NCBI GenBank assembly: GCA_963663225.1
Contig: OY760142.1
Location: forward strand, 992,001-1,056,000
Source of the DNA: Nitrospirota bacterium
GTDB taxonomy: Bacteria > Nitrospirota > UBA9217
DNA length: 64,000 bases
Direction of reading: 5' to 3'
The position numbers and the translations under genes were made by a program. Positions within the stretch are counted from its first letter, which is position 1; every line of letters begins with the position of its first letter. Shown here piece by piece: positions 20,248 through 31,711 of this stretch. The notes below the pieces were generated by a model. The model did not search any database. It was not told the DNA's origin and was given only the letters and a program-made list of their open reading frames with translations.

Positions 20248-21597
20248 TTGGGCCTCAAGAACCCCAAAAAACAGTTAACGGCTGACTTTGCCTCGTCCCG
20301 CCCCGCTGATGCACCGCTTGCGTGGAGAATGCGGCCCCGCGATTTCTCCGAATTCATGGGGCAAGAGCACATTCTCGCGCCGGGCAAACTCCTGCGCCGG
20401 GCCATCGAAGCAGACCGTTTCGTGTCGATTATTCTGTTCGGCCCCCCGGGCGTGGGAAAAACCGCATTTGCGCACCTGATTGCCGAGCGCAGCCAGGCTC
20501 GCTTTGTATCCCTCAACGCGGTAACAGCAGGCATTGCTGATATACGAAAAGTCACCCAGGAAGCCGAAAACGAACGTGCGCAGAACGACACGAAAACCAT
20601 ACTGTTCATTGATGAAATACATCGTTTCACGCGGGTGCAGCAGGACGCGCTTCTTCCTGATGTTGAACAGGGAACCGTTACCCTTGTGGGAGCCTCGACG
20701 CAAAATCCATTTTTTGCCATCATCCCTGCACTTTCTTCCCGTTCCCAGATTTTCGAATTCAAGCCGCTCAAAAATGACGACATCAAAGCGTTGCTTCTCA
20801 GGGCTCTTGCAGACAAGGAACGGGGTTTTGGCACCCTGCCCGTAACCCTGACGCCTGAAGCACTCGATCTTATCGTTGCAAAGTCCAACGGGGACGCCCG
20901 GCGCGCTCTGAATGCTCTCGAACTCGGCGTGCTTTCCACAACACCGGCTTCGGACGGCAATATTCTGCTTGATCTACAAACGGCGGAAGAATCCATCCAG
21001 AAGAAAGCGCTGGTTTACGATGAAGACGAGCACTATGATACAATCTCTGCATTTATCAAAAGCATGCGCGGAAGCGACCCGCAGGCAGCGCTTTATTGGA
21101 TGGCAAAAATGATCTATGCCGGCGAAGACCCGCTGTTCATTGCCCGCAGAATCGTGATTGCTGCGAGCGAGGACGTAGGAAATGCGGACCCGAGGGCACT
21201 CCTTGTCGCCACGGCGGCATACCAGGCGGTTGAACGCATAGGAATGCCCGAGGGAGCACTGTCGCTTGCGCAGGCCGCTGTTTATATCGCTGCAGCGCCT
21301 AAAAGCAATGCCGCCTGCCTCGGCATCAAAGCAGCTATGAAGGATTTGGAAGCGGGAACCTTATTGGCGGTGCCGGACCATCTCAAAGATGCGCATTACA
21401 AAGGAGCGGCCCGGCTCGGCCGGGGCAAAGGCTACCGGTACCCGCACGATTATCCGGGCCACTATGTCGCCCAGGACTACCTGCCGCAGAAGCAGAAGCG
21501 GGAATACTATCGACCCACGGAGCAAGGCGAAGAAAAGAGAATCAAGGAGCGCCTTGCCGGGTTGCAGAAGAGGTACCAGGAGGAAAAACATGATTGA
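20248..21597 (+). CDS. rarA: Replication-associated recombination protein A
   Basis: [43 protein letters not shown]. Confidence 0.95.
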   Translation: MGLKNPKKQLTADFASSRPADAPLAWRMRPRDFSEFMGQEHILAPGKLLRRAIEADRFVSIILFGPPGVGKTAFAHLIAERSQARFVSLNAVTAGIADIRKVTQEAENERAQNDTKTILFIDEIHRFTRVQQDALLPDVEQGTVTLVGASTQNPFFAIIPALSSRSQIFEFKPLKNDDIKALLLRALADKERGFGTLPVTLTPEALDLIVAKSNGDARRALNALELGVLSTTPASDGNILLDLQTAEESIQKKALVYDEDEHYDTISAFIKSMRGSDPQAALYWMAKMIYAGEDPLFIARRIVIAASEDVGNADPRALLVATAAYQAVERIGMPEGALSLAQAAVYIAAAPKSNAACLGIKAAMKDLEAGTLLAVPDHLKDAHYKGAARLGRGKGYRYPHDYPGHYVAQDYLPQKQKREYYRPTEQGEEKRIKERLAGLQKRYQEEKHD

Positions 21598-23149
21598 AAG
21601 TTATATTTTACTTGCATTAGCCGGACTTGCCGTAGGATTCGGCCTCGGTCTTATGATCAAGGGACGGGCGGCGGCATCAAAAATCAAAGATGCGGAAGCA
21701 GAAGCGGCAAAAATTATTTCGACAGCGGAACGCGAGGCCGAGACAAAACGCAAAGAAGCCGTACTTGAGGTTAAAGACAAACTCTACCAGGCGCGGGCTG
21801 ACTTTGAAAAGGAAAATCGCGATAAACGACAGGAGCTCCAAAACCAGGAGCGACGACTTGCTCAGCGGGAAGAAATTATCGAAAAGAAGTTCGATACGAT
21901 TGAAAAGAGGGAGTCGGACACCAGCCGTCGCGAACGAGAGCTTACAGCGAAGGAAAAAATCGTAGCAGAAACGGAAGAACGCTTCGAAAAGGGACTGCAT
22001 GAACAGCGTCTTATGCTCGAAAAAATAGCGAGTATGACCGCCGAAGAAGCAAAGCGGCAGCTTATGCTTTCCATGGAAGATGAAGCCAAATACGAGGCGG
22101 CAAAAACCATCAAACGGATTGAGGATGAAGCGAAAGAAGAAGCCGATAAAAAGGCTAAAAATATTATCAGCCTTGCCATCCAACGCTACGCAAGCGACTA
22201 TGTCGCGGAAGCAACGGTATCCGTTGTGAACCTGCCGAACGATGAAATGAAAGGAAGAATCATCGGACGGGAAGGACGCAATATCCGGGCCCTTGAAGCC
22301 GCGACCGGAATCGACCTGATCATCGATGATACACCCGAAGCGGTCATTCTTTCCTGTTATGACCCGCTCCGGAGAGAAATCGCCCGCCTGACCATCGAGC
22401 GGCTTATTCACGACGGGCGCATACACCCCGCCCGCATAGAAGAAATCGCGGAAAAAGTCAAAAAAGACCTGGATATTGCCATGAAGGAAGAGGGTGAAAA
22501 AGCGGCCTTCGACCTCGGCATCCACAATATGCATCCGGAAATCATCAAGCTCATCGGCAGACTCAAATACCGGACAAGCTACGGCCAGAACGTGCTCATG
22601 CACGCGCGAGAGGTTGCCTACTTCGCCGGCATTATGGCGGCGGAATGCGGCGTCGACCAAAAGCTGGCGCGCCGCGCAGGCCTCCTCCACGATCTGGGCA
22701 AGGCCGTGGACCACGAAGTGGAGGGAACACATCCTCAGATCGGCGCTGATATTGCCAAAAAATATGGTGAATCTCCAAAAGTAATCAACACCATTATGAC
22801 GCATCACGGCGAAGGGGAGCCGAGCAGCGTTGAATCCGTCCTGGTTGCCGCCGCAGATGCTCTTTCGGCAGGCAGACCCGGCGTCCGGCGCGAGACACTG
22901 GAGAGCTACCTGAAGCGGCTTGAACAGCTGGAACAGACGGCAAACACCTTTAAGGGTGTAGAAAAGTCCTATGCCATTCAGGCGGGACGTGAAATCAGGA
23001 TTATTGTAAAACCGGAGGACCTTTCAGATGCTCATTCGGCCCAGCTCTCCCGCGATATTGCCAAGAAAATCGAGCAGGAACTTTCCTACCCCGGCCAGAT
23101 CAAGGTAACCGTAGTGCGGGAAAGCAGATATGTGGAGTATGCGAAGTAA
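21590..23149 (+). CDS. rny: Ribonuclease Y
   Basis: N-terminal TM anchor, coiled coil, KH domain ([13 protein letters not shown]), HD domain (LLHDLGK); ATG after AGGAGG. Confidence 0.97.
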   Translation: MIESYILLALAGLAVGFGLGLMIKGRAAASKIKDAEAEAAKIISTAEREAETKRKEAVLEVKDKLYQARADFEKENRDKRQELQNQERRLAQREEIIEKKFDTIEKRESDTSRRERELTAKEKIVAETEERFEKGLHEQRLMLEKIASMTAEEAKRQLMLSMEDEAKYEAAKTIKRIEDEAKEEADKKAKNIISLAIQRYASDYVAEATVSVVNLPNDEMKGRIIGREGRNIRALEAATGIDLIIDDTPEAVILSCYDPLRREIARLTIERLIHDGRIHPARIEEIAEKVKKDLDIAMKEEGEKAAFDLGIHNMHPEIIKLIGRLKYRTSYGQNVLMHAREVAYFAGIMAAECGVDQKLARRAGLLHDLGKAVDHEVEGTHPQIGADIAKKYGESPKVINTIMTHHGEGEPSSVESVLVAAADALSAGRPGVRRETLESYLKRLEQLEQTANTFKGVEKSYAIQAGREIRIIVKPEDLSDAHSAQLSRDIAKKIEQELSYPGQIKVTVVRESRYVEYAK

Positions 23150-23201
23150 CCGCGTTGCGGAGACAGGACGTTAAGGTGCATCATGCGCAGGGGGGAATTC
23201 C

Positions 23202-23981
23202 GTGAAGGTTTTATTCGTCGGTGATATTATCGGAGAACCAGGCAGGAAGGCGCTGAAAGCGCAATTCGCCGGTTTGATTGAAGCTCATCACCCTGATCTC
23301 GTGATTGCAAACGGTGAAAACGCCGCCGGAGGTTTCGGCATCACGTCGGAGATTGCTGACGAATTGTTCTTTCTCGGAGTCGACGTCCTGACATCCGGCA
23401 ATCATATCTGGGACAAAAAAGAAATCGAGCCGTATCTTAATAAGCAAGACCGGCTTATCAGGCCTGCGAACTACCCCGCGGGGAATCCGGGATCCGGCAG
23501 CGTGGTCGTCTCCACACGCAGTGCAGGAGACGCCGCGGTGCTGAACCTGGAGGGAAACGTTTTCATGTCGAATCTCGACAATCCCTTCCGTGTTGCGGAG
23601 CGCGAACTCGAAAAGCTCAAAAAACAAACACCGGTTGTGCTGATCGATTTCCATGCGGAAGCGACCTCCGAAAAAATCGCACTTGCCTGGCACCTGGACG
23701 GCAAAGCAAGCGCGGTGATCGGGACTCACACGCATGTACAGACCGCGGATGAACGCATCCTGCCGGGCGGCACCGCCTTTATTACCGACGTAGGCATGAC
23801 AGGCCCCACAGACTCAATCATCGGAGTGAAAAAAGAACAAGCCATCGCGCGGTTTTTATATCAAACCCCGCATCGCTTCGAAATCCCGAAGGGGCCGGTC
23901 CATCTTTGTGCAGTGCTTCTTGATATCGACGTCAAAAGCGGCATGGCGCTTTCCATTCAAAGAATACATATCAAATCATAA
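23202..23981 (+). CDS. ymdB: YmdB-like metallophosphoesterase
   Basis: GDIIG, NGEN, GNH, DFHAEATSEK, GTHTH; follows rny. Confidence 0.93.
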   Translation: MKVLFVGDIIGEPGRKALKAQFAGLIEAHHPDLVIANGENAAGGFGITSEIADELFFLGVDVLTSGNHIWDKKEIEPYLNKQDRLIRPANYPAGNPGSGSVVVSTRSAGDAAVLNLEGNVFMSNLDNPFRVAERELEKLKKQTPVVLIDFHAEATSEKIALAWHLDGKASAVIGTHTHVQTADERILPGGTAFITDVGMTGPTDSIIGVKKEQAIARFLYQTPHRFEIPKGPVHLCAVLLDIDVKSGMALSIQRIHIKS

Positions 23982-24004
23982 TGTTTGCAGAGTCATGAGG
24001 TCCC

Positions 24005-25213
24005 GTGAGCATCATCATGGAAACCCATATTCTAACCGTCACTCAACTTACCGGCCGGATTAAAAATCTTTTGGAAAACTCCCTTCCCGAGATCTGGGTA
24101 GAGGGAGAAATTTCCAATTTCAGCATTCCCCAGTCAGGCCACGCTTATTTCACCCTCAAGGATGAACACAGCCAGATCCGCGCGGTGCTTTTTCGCTCTG
24201 CACAACGGTTCATAAAATTTACGCTGCAACACGGCATGCACGTAACCTGCCGGGGAAGAGTCACTGTTTACGAGCCGCGGGGAGAATACCAGCTCATCCT
24301 TGAATATGTCGAACCTAAAGGCATCGGAGCGCTTCAGCTGGCATTCGAACAGCTCAAAGCCCGGCTTGAAAAAGAAGGCTTGTTTGACCGGGAACGCAAA
24401 CAATCCATTCCGGCGCTTCCCCGGCGCATCGGGATTATTACATCGCCAAGCGGTGCGGCCTTGCGGGACATTCTGCGCGTGATGAAGCGGAGGCATCCGA
24501 GAATCCAAATCCTTATCTACCCCGTGCCCGTACAAGGCGCGGACGCAGCTCCGGCAATTGTCGATGCAATCCGCTTTTTCAACCGCGAGAAGAAGGCGGA
24601 CGTGATGATTGTCGGCCGGGGCGGTGGCTCTCTCGAAGACCTGTGGGCCTTCAATGAAGAAAAAGTCGCCCGCGCCTTCTCCGCATCGAAAATTCCGATA
24701 ATATCCGCTGTCGGACATGAAACGGACTATACGATTGCGGATTTTGTGTCTGATCTCCGAGCTCCGACTCCGTCCGCCGCAGCGGAAATGGTGGTAGAAA
24801 CGGAAGAGCACCTCCGCAAACGCCTAGCCACCCTTGAGGCCGGCCTTATCAGAAATATTCGATTGCGTATTGAACGGACCCGCCTGTTGTGCAAACAAAG
24901 CCAGCAGCTTCTTGGAAATCCCCGGCAGCAGCTGGAGCAGTACGCTCAGCGAGTGGACGAATTGACGGAAAGGGCCGCGACGGGAATCGGAAATCACGTG
25001 CAGAAAAAGCGAGCAGCCCTCCTTTCGTTCACATCAGCGCTCGGCCATTTGAATCCACTCAGCATTCTCTCCCGCGGGTTCAGCATTACGAAACAGTATC
25101 CTTCCGGCATTATCCTTAAAGAGTCGTCTCAGGTTGCCGCGGGAGATCTCCTGATCACCCGGTTACACACGGGAGAACTGCTTTCACGGGTCGAGAAAGC
25201 AATTCCTGATTAA
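24005..25213 (+). CDS. xseA: Exodeoxyribonuclease VII large subunit
   Basis: GEISN, SGHAYFTLKD, RGGGSLEDLWAFN, GHETD, APTPSAAAE. Confidence 0.96.
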   Translation: MSIIMETHILTVTQLTGRIKNLLENSLPEIWVEGEISNFSIPQSGHAYFTLKDEHSQIRAVLFRSAQRFIKFTLQHGMHVTCRGRVTVYEPRGEYQLILEYVEPKGIGALQLAFEQLKARLEKEGLFDRERKQSIPALPRRIGIITSPSGAALRDILRVMKRRHPRIQILIYPVPVQGADAAPAIVDAIRFFNREKKADVMIVGRGGGSLEDLWAFNEEKVARAFSASKIPIISAVGHETDYTIADFVSDLRAPTPSAAAEMVVETEEHLRKRLATLEAGLIRNIRLRIERTRLLCKQSQQLLGNPRQQLEQYAQRVDELTERAATGIGNHVQKKRAALLSFTSALGHLNPLSILSRGFSITKQYPSGIILKESSQVAAGDLLITRLHTGELLSRVEKAIPD

Positions 25214-25334
25214 CACTCCGTCCCAAAACACGCTGCGTTCTGCGTTTTTGTGATTGTTTTGGCTCCTGTTTCGTAATCAGTATCTTCCCCAATTTTTTTT
25301 GACACTAAAACACTCTTATGATATTCTGAACAGT

Positions 25335-27413
25335 ATGCAAGAAGAAGCAAAAGCTCAGGGAACAATCCCTCCTGATGTTCCGGATGTTATGCGGAGCCTG
25401 ATTGCCGCTATCAGAGCTGTAAAGTTGTACCCGTCCAATAATCCCATATATTCGCAGTCCATAAAAAAATCCTACGAAGCGCTGTCTCATTTTCTAAAAA
25501 CCACACCGGTGTATCATCTTGGCATTCAAAAAACCTATTTTACCTATGAAGCGACCCCGGTAGGCAAAGATACGCAAGTCAATAAGCCCGTGGCGCAGGA
25601 CCTGTTTGCAAAAGGAATGCGGGAAATTTTTTTCAACGAGGGGCTGCAAGAAGCAGAACTCCTGTTGCTGCTGAAAGCACTTGCGCTTTCTCCGGAAGAA
25701 TTGGGGATGAAAAACGGAGTAGCCTCGATTCTCTGGGAGTCGGATGCCCTGAATATCAAGGTCACTGAAGCAGGTCTCGGAGAAATCATCTCCGTAAAAT
25801 CAGATGCCGCTGCAGACGCAAAAGCAAATGCGCAAAAACTTGCCCAGACCCCGGTCCCGAAAGACATATTGCCTTCGGGCCGCACTTTGGTTCTCAGCGA
25901 TTTAATGACCGATCCGGAAGGCTTCGGAGCCGGCATGGCGGAAGCCGCCAGAAGGACCCGTGAGGAACACGAAAGCGTTGAAGACAGGCTCTTTTCGCTG
26001 TATCAGGAAGCAGGCCGCGAAATTCGCGAGAAGCATCCGAACCAGAGCGATGCCATGTTCGAAAAGCTGGCGCAATCAGCCCTTTCACTTGAACCGCCGT
26101 TGCGGGACGGGCTTATCGGCGGAAAGCTGTATGGCGACTACGACGCAGAAACTGCAAACGAACAAAAAGCCGAAATCGAGGAACACGTGCCGAATGAGCT
26201 TCATGAAATTTTATCCGGCCGTTTTTCCAATGTATGGAATCTGAAACAGGTTACTGCGCTATTGAAAAAATCGTCTGAAAAAAAACCGACACCATCGGGA
26301 CCGCCCCCCTCTCCGCAAACCCTTGTTGCTGAACCGGTTCCGTCCGATATTGGTGAAATGGCGCGAGAAATGGGGGAATACACCACGCAGGAGATGGAAG
26401 AGCTCAAAACGATGGGGGAATTGGGCCTTGAATCGGACATTGTTGAAGCCGCGGTACGCACCCTCATTTTCCTCCTCCCTCAGGTAAGAAACCCTCACCG
26501 CTCTTCAAGCGAAGAGCATGATCTTGAGGTCTTCTCCGGCATTGTCCATCAACTTGAAGACATCCTCAGCTATCTTCTGAAACAACAGGACTATGATCTT
26601 TCTTCTCTCATCTTTCGGGCGTTTCAAATGCCGGTAGAAGCCGCTTTTAAGCCCCGCATGGAAGAGGCCATTCAAAAATTTGTTTCCAAGGCCACCATCG
26701 CTGAAACAATCAATGCCATGCACACCCACCCAAAAGGTTCTCCACAATACCGCTCTGCCTATGCATACCTGACCATTTTCGAAACCGAAACCACGGGAGT
26801 TCTGCTGGAGCTCCTGGCCGAAGAGCAGGACAGATCGATGCGCGTCTTTTTCCTCGGACTTCTGAAAGATTTTGGGAAGAATCAGCTCCAGCTGTTGAGC
26901 GTATATCTTTCGGACCATCGCTGGTATGTCGTCCGTAATGTTGTAAGCATTCTGGGAGAAAGCAAATCAGAACAAGCATTCACCTATTTCCAAAAAGTCG
27001 CGGATTATCCGGATGCCAGAATACGGCAGGAAGTTGTCAAGGGACTGGTTTCCCTGGGCGGAAAAAAGGCGGTCGGGCTTCTCGCAAAATTCCTGGAAGA
27101 CCCGACGGAGGACATCCGGGTAATGGCAATCCGGGGCTTTGCCGGCATCACCCATGCCGGCTCTGAAGAATCCCGGTTTCTTATCGCTTTTCTCGAAAAA
27201 CGACCGATTAAAAAAAGGGAACAGGATCATACGATAGAAGCTATTAAGTCGCTCGCCAAAATCGGCGGTCGGGACGCGGCAGATTTTTTAAAGAGATATA
27301 CCCGCATTCGATGGTGGAAACCCCGGAAACTTCAGCTTGAGCTCCGGGCCGCCGCGCAGCGAGCCATGGAAGAAATCTCAAGGAGACAGGGCAATGGCAG
27401 AACCGCAGTTTGA
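25335..27413 (+). CDS. HEAT-repeat protein with N-terminal 'LYPxxxP' domain
   Basis: C-terminal HEAT repeats (LSDHRWYVVRN, YPDARIRQEV, LEDPTEDIRVMA); overlaps the downstream HD-GYP gene. Confidence 0.75.
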   Translation: MQEEAKAQGTIPPDVPDVMRSLIAAIRAVKLYPSNNPIYSQSIKKSYEALSHFLKTTPVYHLGIQKTYFTYEATPVGKDTQVNKPVAQDLFAKGMREIFFNEGLQEAELLLLLKALALSPEELGMKNGVASILWESDALNIKVTEAGLGEIISVKSDAAADAKANAQKLAQTPVPKDILPSGRTLVLSDLMTDPEGFGAGMAEAARRTREEHESVEDRLFSLYQEAGREIREKHPNQSDAMFEKLAQSALSLEPPLRDGLIGGKLYGDYDAETANEQKAEIEEHVPNELHEILSGRFSNVWNLKQVTALLKKSSEKKPTPSGPPPSPQTLVAEPVPSDIGEMAREMGEYTTQEMEELKTMGELGLESDIVEAAVRTLIFLLPQVRNPHRSSSEEHDLEVFSGIVHQLEDILSYLLKQQDYDLSSLIFRAFQMPVEAAFKPRMEEAIQKFVSKATIAETINAMHTHPKGSPQYRSAYAYLTIFETETTGVLLELLAEEQDRSMRVFFLGLLKDFGKNQLQLLSVYLSDHRWYVVRNVVSILGESKSEQAFTYFQKVADYPDARIRQEVVKGLVSLGGKKAVGLLAKFLEDPTEDIRVMAIRGFAGITHAGSEESRFLIAFLEKRPIKKREQDHTIEAIKSLAKIGGRDAADFLKRYTRIRWWKPRKLQLELRAAAQRAMEEISRRQGNGRTAV

Positions 27414-28827
27414 CAGGCCCGAACAGAATCGTGAATCCTTTATCGCCAAACAGCACCTGATAGGCGCAGCAAAAACCGCCTTCCAGCAGCTGTCCGCGGT
27501 AATGAGAAATACGACTCTGTATCCTGAAGAACATCCGTCTCTTCGTGCATCTGCAGAAAAGCTTCTCGGGACGATTGCGACACTGATGACGGACCGGGAC
27601 AAAGTCGCCTTCTACCTTGTGGGCGGCGAGCTGTTTTTTGAGACCCTCTCCATTCCCGTGGATCAAGGTCTCGCCCAGCTCATGGAACAGTTTACCGGTC
27701 TCGAAGTAAGCGGAATTATTTTTAAACCGGAACTCACGCAGAAAGAACTGGTCAGGTTTGCCCTCCTGATGAACAAAGAACCGGCTTTTTTCGTCTCTCT
27801 GGGCGGAATCACGGAGGTCCTCGAAAAAGAGGGGATCGTCCATGTTGAACTTCACCGGGTAATGGTTGTTGATAAAAGCGTCAGCGGCGCCCTCAAGGAG
27901 GGCAAAAAACAGGCGGCAAAAATTTTTATGGAGGCCGTAGAAACAGTCAAAGAGATGGTGGAAACGGTCCATTTGGACAAAGCAATCAACATGCGGAAGA
28001 TCAATACGACTGTTCAAACCATGGTTGATGATATTTTGAACAACCGGGACGCTTTGATGGGTCTGTCCAGCATAAAAATGTATGACGAATATACGTTTGC
28101 GCATTCGGTAAACACCGCGATCCTTGCCATATCTCTCGGGTCATTTCTTTCATTCAGCAAAGCGCAGATCGCGGCACTGGGAGTAGCCGGACTTCTGCAT
28201 GATATCGGCAAAGTGAATGTGCCTCACGAGATTATCAATAAACCGGACAAGTTAACGGACGAGGAATGGGAGATCGTCAAGCGGCATCCCATCGAAGGGG
28301 CGTTGATTCTCTCCCACACCCCGGGAATGACGAAACTCGCCATGGTTGCTGCCTTTGAACATCATCAGCACGGGAATCATAAAGGCTACCCCTGGATTGA
28401 CGACAGACTGCAACAGCACCCCTTCTCGCATATTATTACCCTCGCGGACGCCTACGAAGCACTTACCGCTGCACGGGTATATTACAAAGTCCAGATATCG
28501 CCGGAGCAGGCAATTCGCATTATAGTAAAAAAGCGGGTCACTGCCTTCGACCCTACCCTGGTGAAAGCCTTTGTTAATATGATGGGATTGTTTCCTGCGG
28601 GCACGCTCGTCAAACTGGACACCGGTGAAATCGGGCTGGTCAGGCATCAGACCCGTGACCTTTTGCGTCCCCGAGTGCTTCTTCTTACCAAATTCGACGG
28701 TTCAGAAAAGAAGGACGGCACTGAAGTCAGTCTTCTCGAAACAGCGGGAGGAAAATACAAGCGTACTATTTCCGGCACTATTGATAATAATGTAGCTAAA
28801 ATTGACGTAAAACAATATCTTACATAA
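27394..28827 (+). CDS. HD-GYP domain protein (putative c-di-GMP phosphodiesterase)
   Basis: DEYTFAHSVN, LLHDIGK, HHQHGNHKGYP, ADAYEAL, FDP; ATG after AGGAG. Confidence 0.88.
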   Translation: MAEPQFDRPEQNRESFIAKQHLIGAAKTAFQQLSAVMRNTTLYPEEHPSLRASAEKLLGTIATLMTDRDKVAFYLVGGELFFETLSIPVDQGLAQLMEQFTGLEVSGIIFKPELTQKELVRFALLMNKEPAFFVSLGGITEVLEKEGIVHVELHRVMVVDKSVSGALKEGKKQAAKIFMEAVETVKEMVETVHLDKAINMRKINTTVQTMVDDILNNRDALMGLSSIKMYDEYTFAHSVNTAILAISLGSFLSFSKAQIAALGVAGLLHDIGKVNVPHEIINKPDKLTDEEWEIVKRHPIEGALILSHTPGMTKLAMVAAFEHHQHGNHKGYPWIDDRLQQHPFSHIITLADAYEALTAARVYYKVQISPEQAIRIIVKKRVTAFDPTLVKAFVNMMGLFPAGTLVKLDTGEIGLVRHQTRDLLRPRVLLLTKFDGSEKKDGTEVSLLETAGGKYKRTISGTIDNNVAKIDVKQYLT

Positions 28828-29092
28828 TGTCAACAGTAACGGCGCGTGGCGTATAAGGAATGTCTGCCGGCCATATCTCTCTCCGATATAACCTGCAAAC
28901 CCTGCGCGCATTATCATTGCCGCACTTCAAATAAAATCTCTGTACTCTTTGCCGTCTAACCGAGTTCCCGCCATGCACTTCCCGGAAGTCTCCCCATTTT
29001 TTTAATGGAAAAAGCTCAATTAATATTGTCAGCAAGTTTTTTTTCCTATACAATATGCATGAAACATCACTTTTTTATAATTTGGAGTATGT

Positions 29093-29902
29093 ATGTGTGA
29101 ATTCTGCACACACCATGGTGAAGGAAAAATCTGGTACAAAAATGCCGCAAATTATTCCCACGATCTGCTGTCGGATATCCGTCGCCGGCAGTATATTGAA
29201 AATTTTCTAACAACCACATTCGCGGAAGGGTTTCAAACACTGGGCAGGCTGGAAACAATCTACCAAAAAAGAGGGAAACTTCCGGAAACTGTGGCAAAAG
29301 CCCTCGTTGCAAAAGCGAAGGTTGAACATTTCGGCCAGGTTTTGCCCATTGAGGAAATCAGCACGGTGGTAAAACAGGCCTTGACTGTTGTACGCATGCC
29401 TTGCGCCTGCCGCTGGAGCATGGAAAAAAAAGAAACCCGGTGCTGCTATGCCATCAGTTACGGCCCCGACCCCTGGTACAATGGTATTGATATGGCCTCC
29501 TTTGGAAAAGCCTCTTCCGAGGGCCTTGAACAACTTTCTTCGGATGAGGCCGTGGCCCAGATGAAAGAAATGGAAGCACAGGGAGCAGTTCATACCATCT
29601 GGACGATGATGACCCCCTTCATCGGTGCAATTTGCAACTGTTCTCCCCGCGAATGCCTTGCTTTGAAAACCCTGGCGCAGATTGGAGTAGAGACCATGCA
29701 ACGCGCCGAGCACATTGCCAGCGTAAATGAAACGCTCTGCACAGGATGCGGTCTTTGCGCCTCTGAATGTCATTTTAAAGCAATTACAGGCACTTTTCGG
29801 AGCGGAAAATTTCTAGCTCGCATTGATTCGCACAGCTGCTTCGGATGCGGTTTATGCCGCAGGGCATGCAGCACAAATGCCATCAGTCTGGTTCTGCGAT
29901 AA
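29093..29902 (+). CDS. 4Fe-4S dicluster domain protein
   Basis: Two CxxCxxCxxxC motifs at the C-terminus plus MCEFC, CACR and ICNC..C clusters. Confidence 0.8.
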   Translation: MCEFCTHHGEGKIWYKNAANYSHDLLSDIRRRQYIENFLTTTFAEGFQTLGRLETIYQKRGKLPETVAKALVAKAKVEHFGQVLPIEEISTVVKQALTVVRMPCACRWSMEKKETRCCYAISYGPDPWYNGIDMASFGKASSEGLEQLSSDEAVAQMKEMEAQGAVHTIWTMMTPFIGAICNCSPRECLALKTLAQIGVETMQRAEHIASVNETLCTGCGLCASECHFKAITGTFRSGKFLARIDSHSCFGCGLCRRACSTNAISLVLR

Positions 29903-29991
29903 AGAATGCTTTACGGGATATCACGAAATCTATGCGGTAAGCAGTGTCAGCTTACTCTAAAACGCGAAGCATGGTAAGACTATAAATCATT

Positions 29992-30750
29992 ATGGATTCC
30001 GGCAAAATCACAGCCCCCCGAAAAACTGACAGAAACAGCAAGTTTCTGCTGCTTGTAGACAGCGATGCATATAATCTTAACTACCTGTCCATTATTCTCC
30101 AGCGGCTGGGCTACCAGATCTGCACCGCTGCAAATGCCAAGGAAGCTCTTGCCATATCCGCTGTGTCCAGTCCGTCCCTCATTATCACTGCCTTGGACCT
30201 TCCTGATATGACCGGCCTTGAGTTCATTCGTAAAGTGCGTCAGACCCCTGATATTGCTTCTGTTTTTGTCATTGTATTGCAGAAACAGATTGATTTACAG
30301 ATGGAAAAACGCTGCCGTGAATTGCACGTTGCAGAGTCTCTTCCGTTGCCGGTCAACATAGACAGGCTGTATCGTACCATTCAGACAGCTCTTGAAGCAA
30401 CACCCCGCAGCACCATTCGCATTAAGACCCTTTTGCCTGTAACAGTGAACAACCTGCCGTTCAACGGGCTGGGAGGAGCATCTGCGGCAATACTCTCGGA
30501 ACGCGGCATTTTTTTACCGACGACACGACCTGTCCCCATTGACACGCGACTCGTTCTTCAGCTACAATTAGACAATAATCTTGTCACTACAGAAGCGGTT
30601 GTTCTCTACAGCAACCATGTCATTGGAAATCCTTCCGAAGAACTCGGCATGGGCCTTGAGTTCCGCAGGATTTCACCCGCAGACAGAGAGATTATTCGGC
30701 AGTTTATTCTGAGCGAGATTACGCGAGGCATTGAATATTTATCCGATTAG
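29992..30750 (+). CDS. Receiver-like + PilZ domain protein, paralog 1
   Basis: REC fold (LLVDSD...PSLIITA), RSTIR RxxxR, LSERG, GMGLEF. Confidence 0.85.
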   Translation: MDSGKITAPRKTDRNSKFLLLVDSDAYNLNYLSIILQRLGYQICTAANAKEALAISAVSSPSLIITALDLPDMTGLEFIRKVRQTPDIASVFVIVLQKQIDLQMEKRCRELHVAESLPLPVNIDRLYRTIQTALEATPRSTIRIKTLLPVTVNNLPFNGLGGASAAILSERGIFLPTTRPVPIDTRLVLQLQLDNNLVTTEAVVLYSNHVIGNPSEELGMGLEFRRISPADREIIRQFILSEITRGIEYLSD

Positions 30751-30847
30751 CAGCAAAGATTAATTAGTCAGAATACCCGGTTAAAAAGCAGCTGTCTTGC
30801 TGTATTTTTTCGTTGTTTCTGCTGTAGGGTTTTCTAGGAGGAAAGGC

Positions 30848-31609
30848 ATGCATGAGAATGTAACACATGCAGAATGGAACAAATCTGATCGAAAAGGCCG
30901 TTTTCTTCTGGTTGTAGACAGCGACGTAGACCACCTTTGTTTCGTTTCCGCGCTGCTCCAGCGTTTTGCGTACAAGACGCTTACGGCCTCCACAGTGAAA
31001 GAAGCCCTCACCATGACAGCGGTTGCAGTCCCGTCTCTTGTGATAATAGCAACGGACCCTGCGGACGAAAACGGCCTCGCTTTTATGAAGCAGCTCATGC
31101 AGAGCCCCAGTACGACGGACGTACCCCTTATCGCCCTGAGAACTCAAGAAGACCTGATCGGCGAAAAACAATGTCTACAGCAGGGAATTCAAAAGTGTTT
31201 GACAAAGCCGATTTCACCTGAGCAATTATATCAAGCCGTTCAAGCGACAATAGAGACCACCCCGCGGTCCCATATTCGCATCAGAACGCTGCTCCCCATT
31301 CACTCAACGGATTCGTCTTACGACTGTTTTGATAACGCGTGCACTACTGATTTATCAGAAGGCGGAATGTTTGTGCGGACCCATAAGCCTGCCAGTGTAC
31401 ATACCCAGCTGACATGCCAGTTTTATCTGTACGACAAAAAGATACAAGTGCTTGCAATTGTCCTCTACAGCAACCGGACCGGCAGAGGCATGTACCGCGA
31501 GCCGGGGATGGGACTTCAGTTCGCCCAAATTGCATCCCACGACCAGGACCTTATCCGACGCTTTGTCAGAAACGAGGTTGTCAGAGGGATACCACCGGTA
31601 GATGCATGA
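30848..31609 (+). CDS. Receiver-like + PilZ domain protein, paralog 2
   Basis: REC fold, RSHIR RxxxR, DLSEGG, GMGLQF. Confidence 0.85.
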   Translation: MHENVTHAEWNKSDRKGRFLLVVDSDVDHLCFVSALLQRFAYKTLTASTVKEALTMTAVAVPSLVIIATDPADENGLAFMKQLMQSPSTTDVPLIALRTQEDLIGEKQCLQQGIQKCLTKPISPEQLYQAVQATIETTPRSHIRIRTLLPIHSTDSSYDCFDNACTTDLSEGGMFVRTHKPASVHTQLTCQFYLYDKKIQVLAIVLYSNRTGRGMYREPGMGLQFAQIASHDQDLIRRFVRNEVVRGIPPVDA

Positions 31610-31711
31610 GAAAAAGCCGATTATGATATTTTCCGTTTCCACTGTTTTTTCGGAAGCCTGTTCAAACAAGCTGCTGCATGCGCCGGTAATAACGGCAACT
31701 CTGAGGCTGCT

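Noticed and set aside
6419-22807. Long antisense ORFs (for example 6419-7429, 20121-20996, 21677-22807)
   Set aside because: They are shadows of well-supported genes on the opposite strand and show no motifs of their own
24005-25213. xseA without an adjacent xseB
   Set aside because: The two genes are often unlinked, so this is not informative within one window
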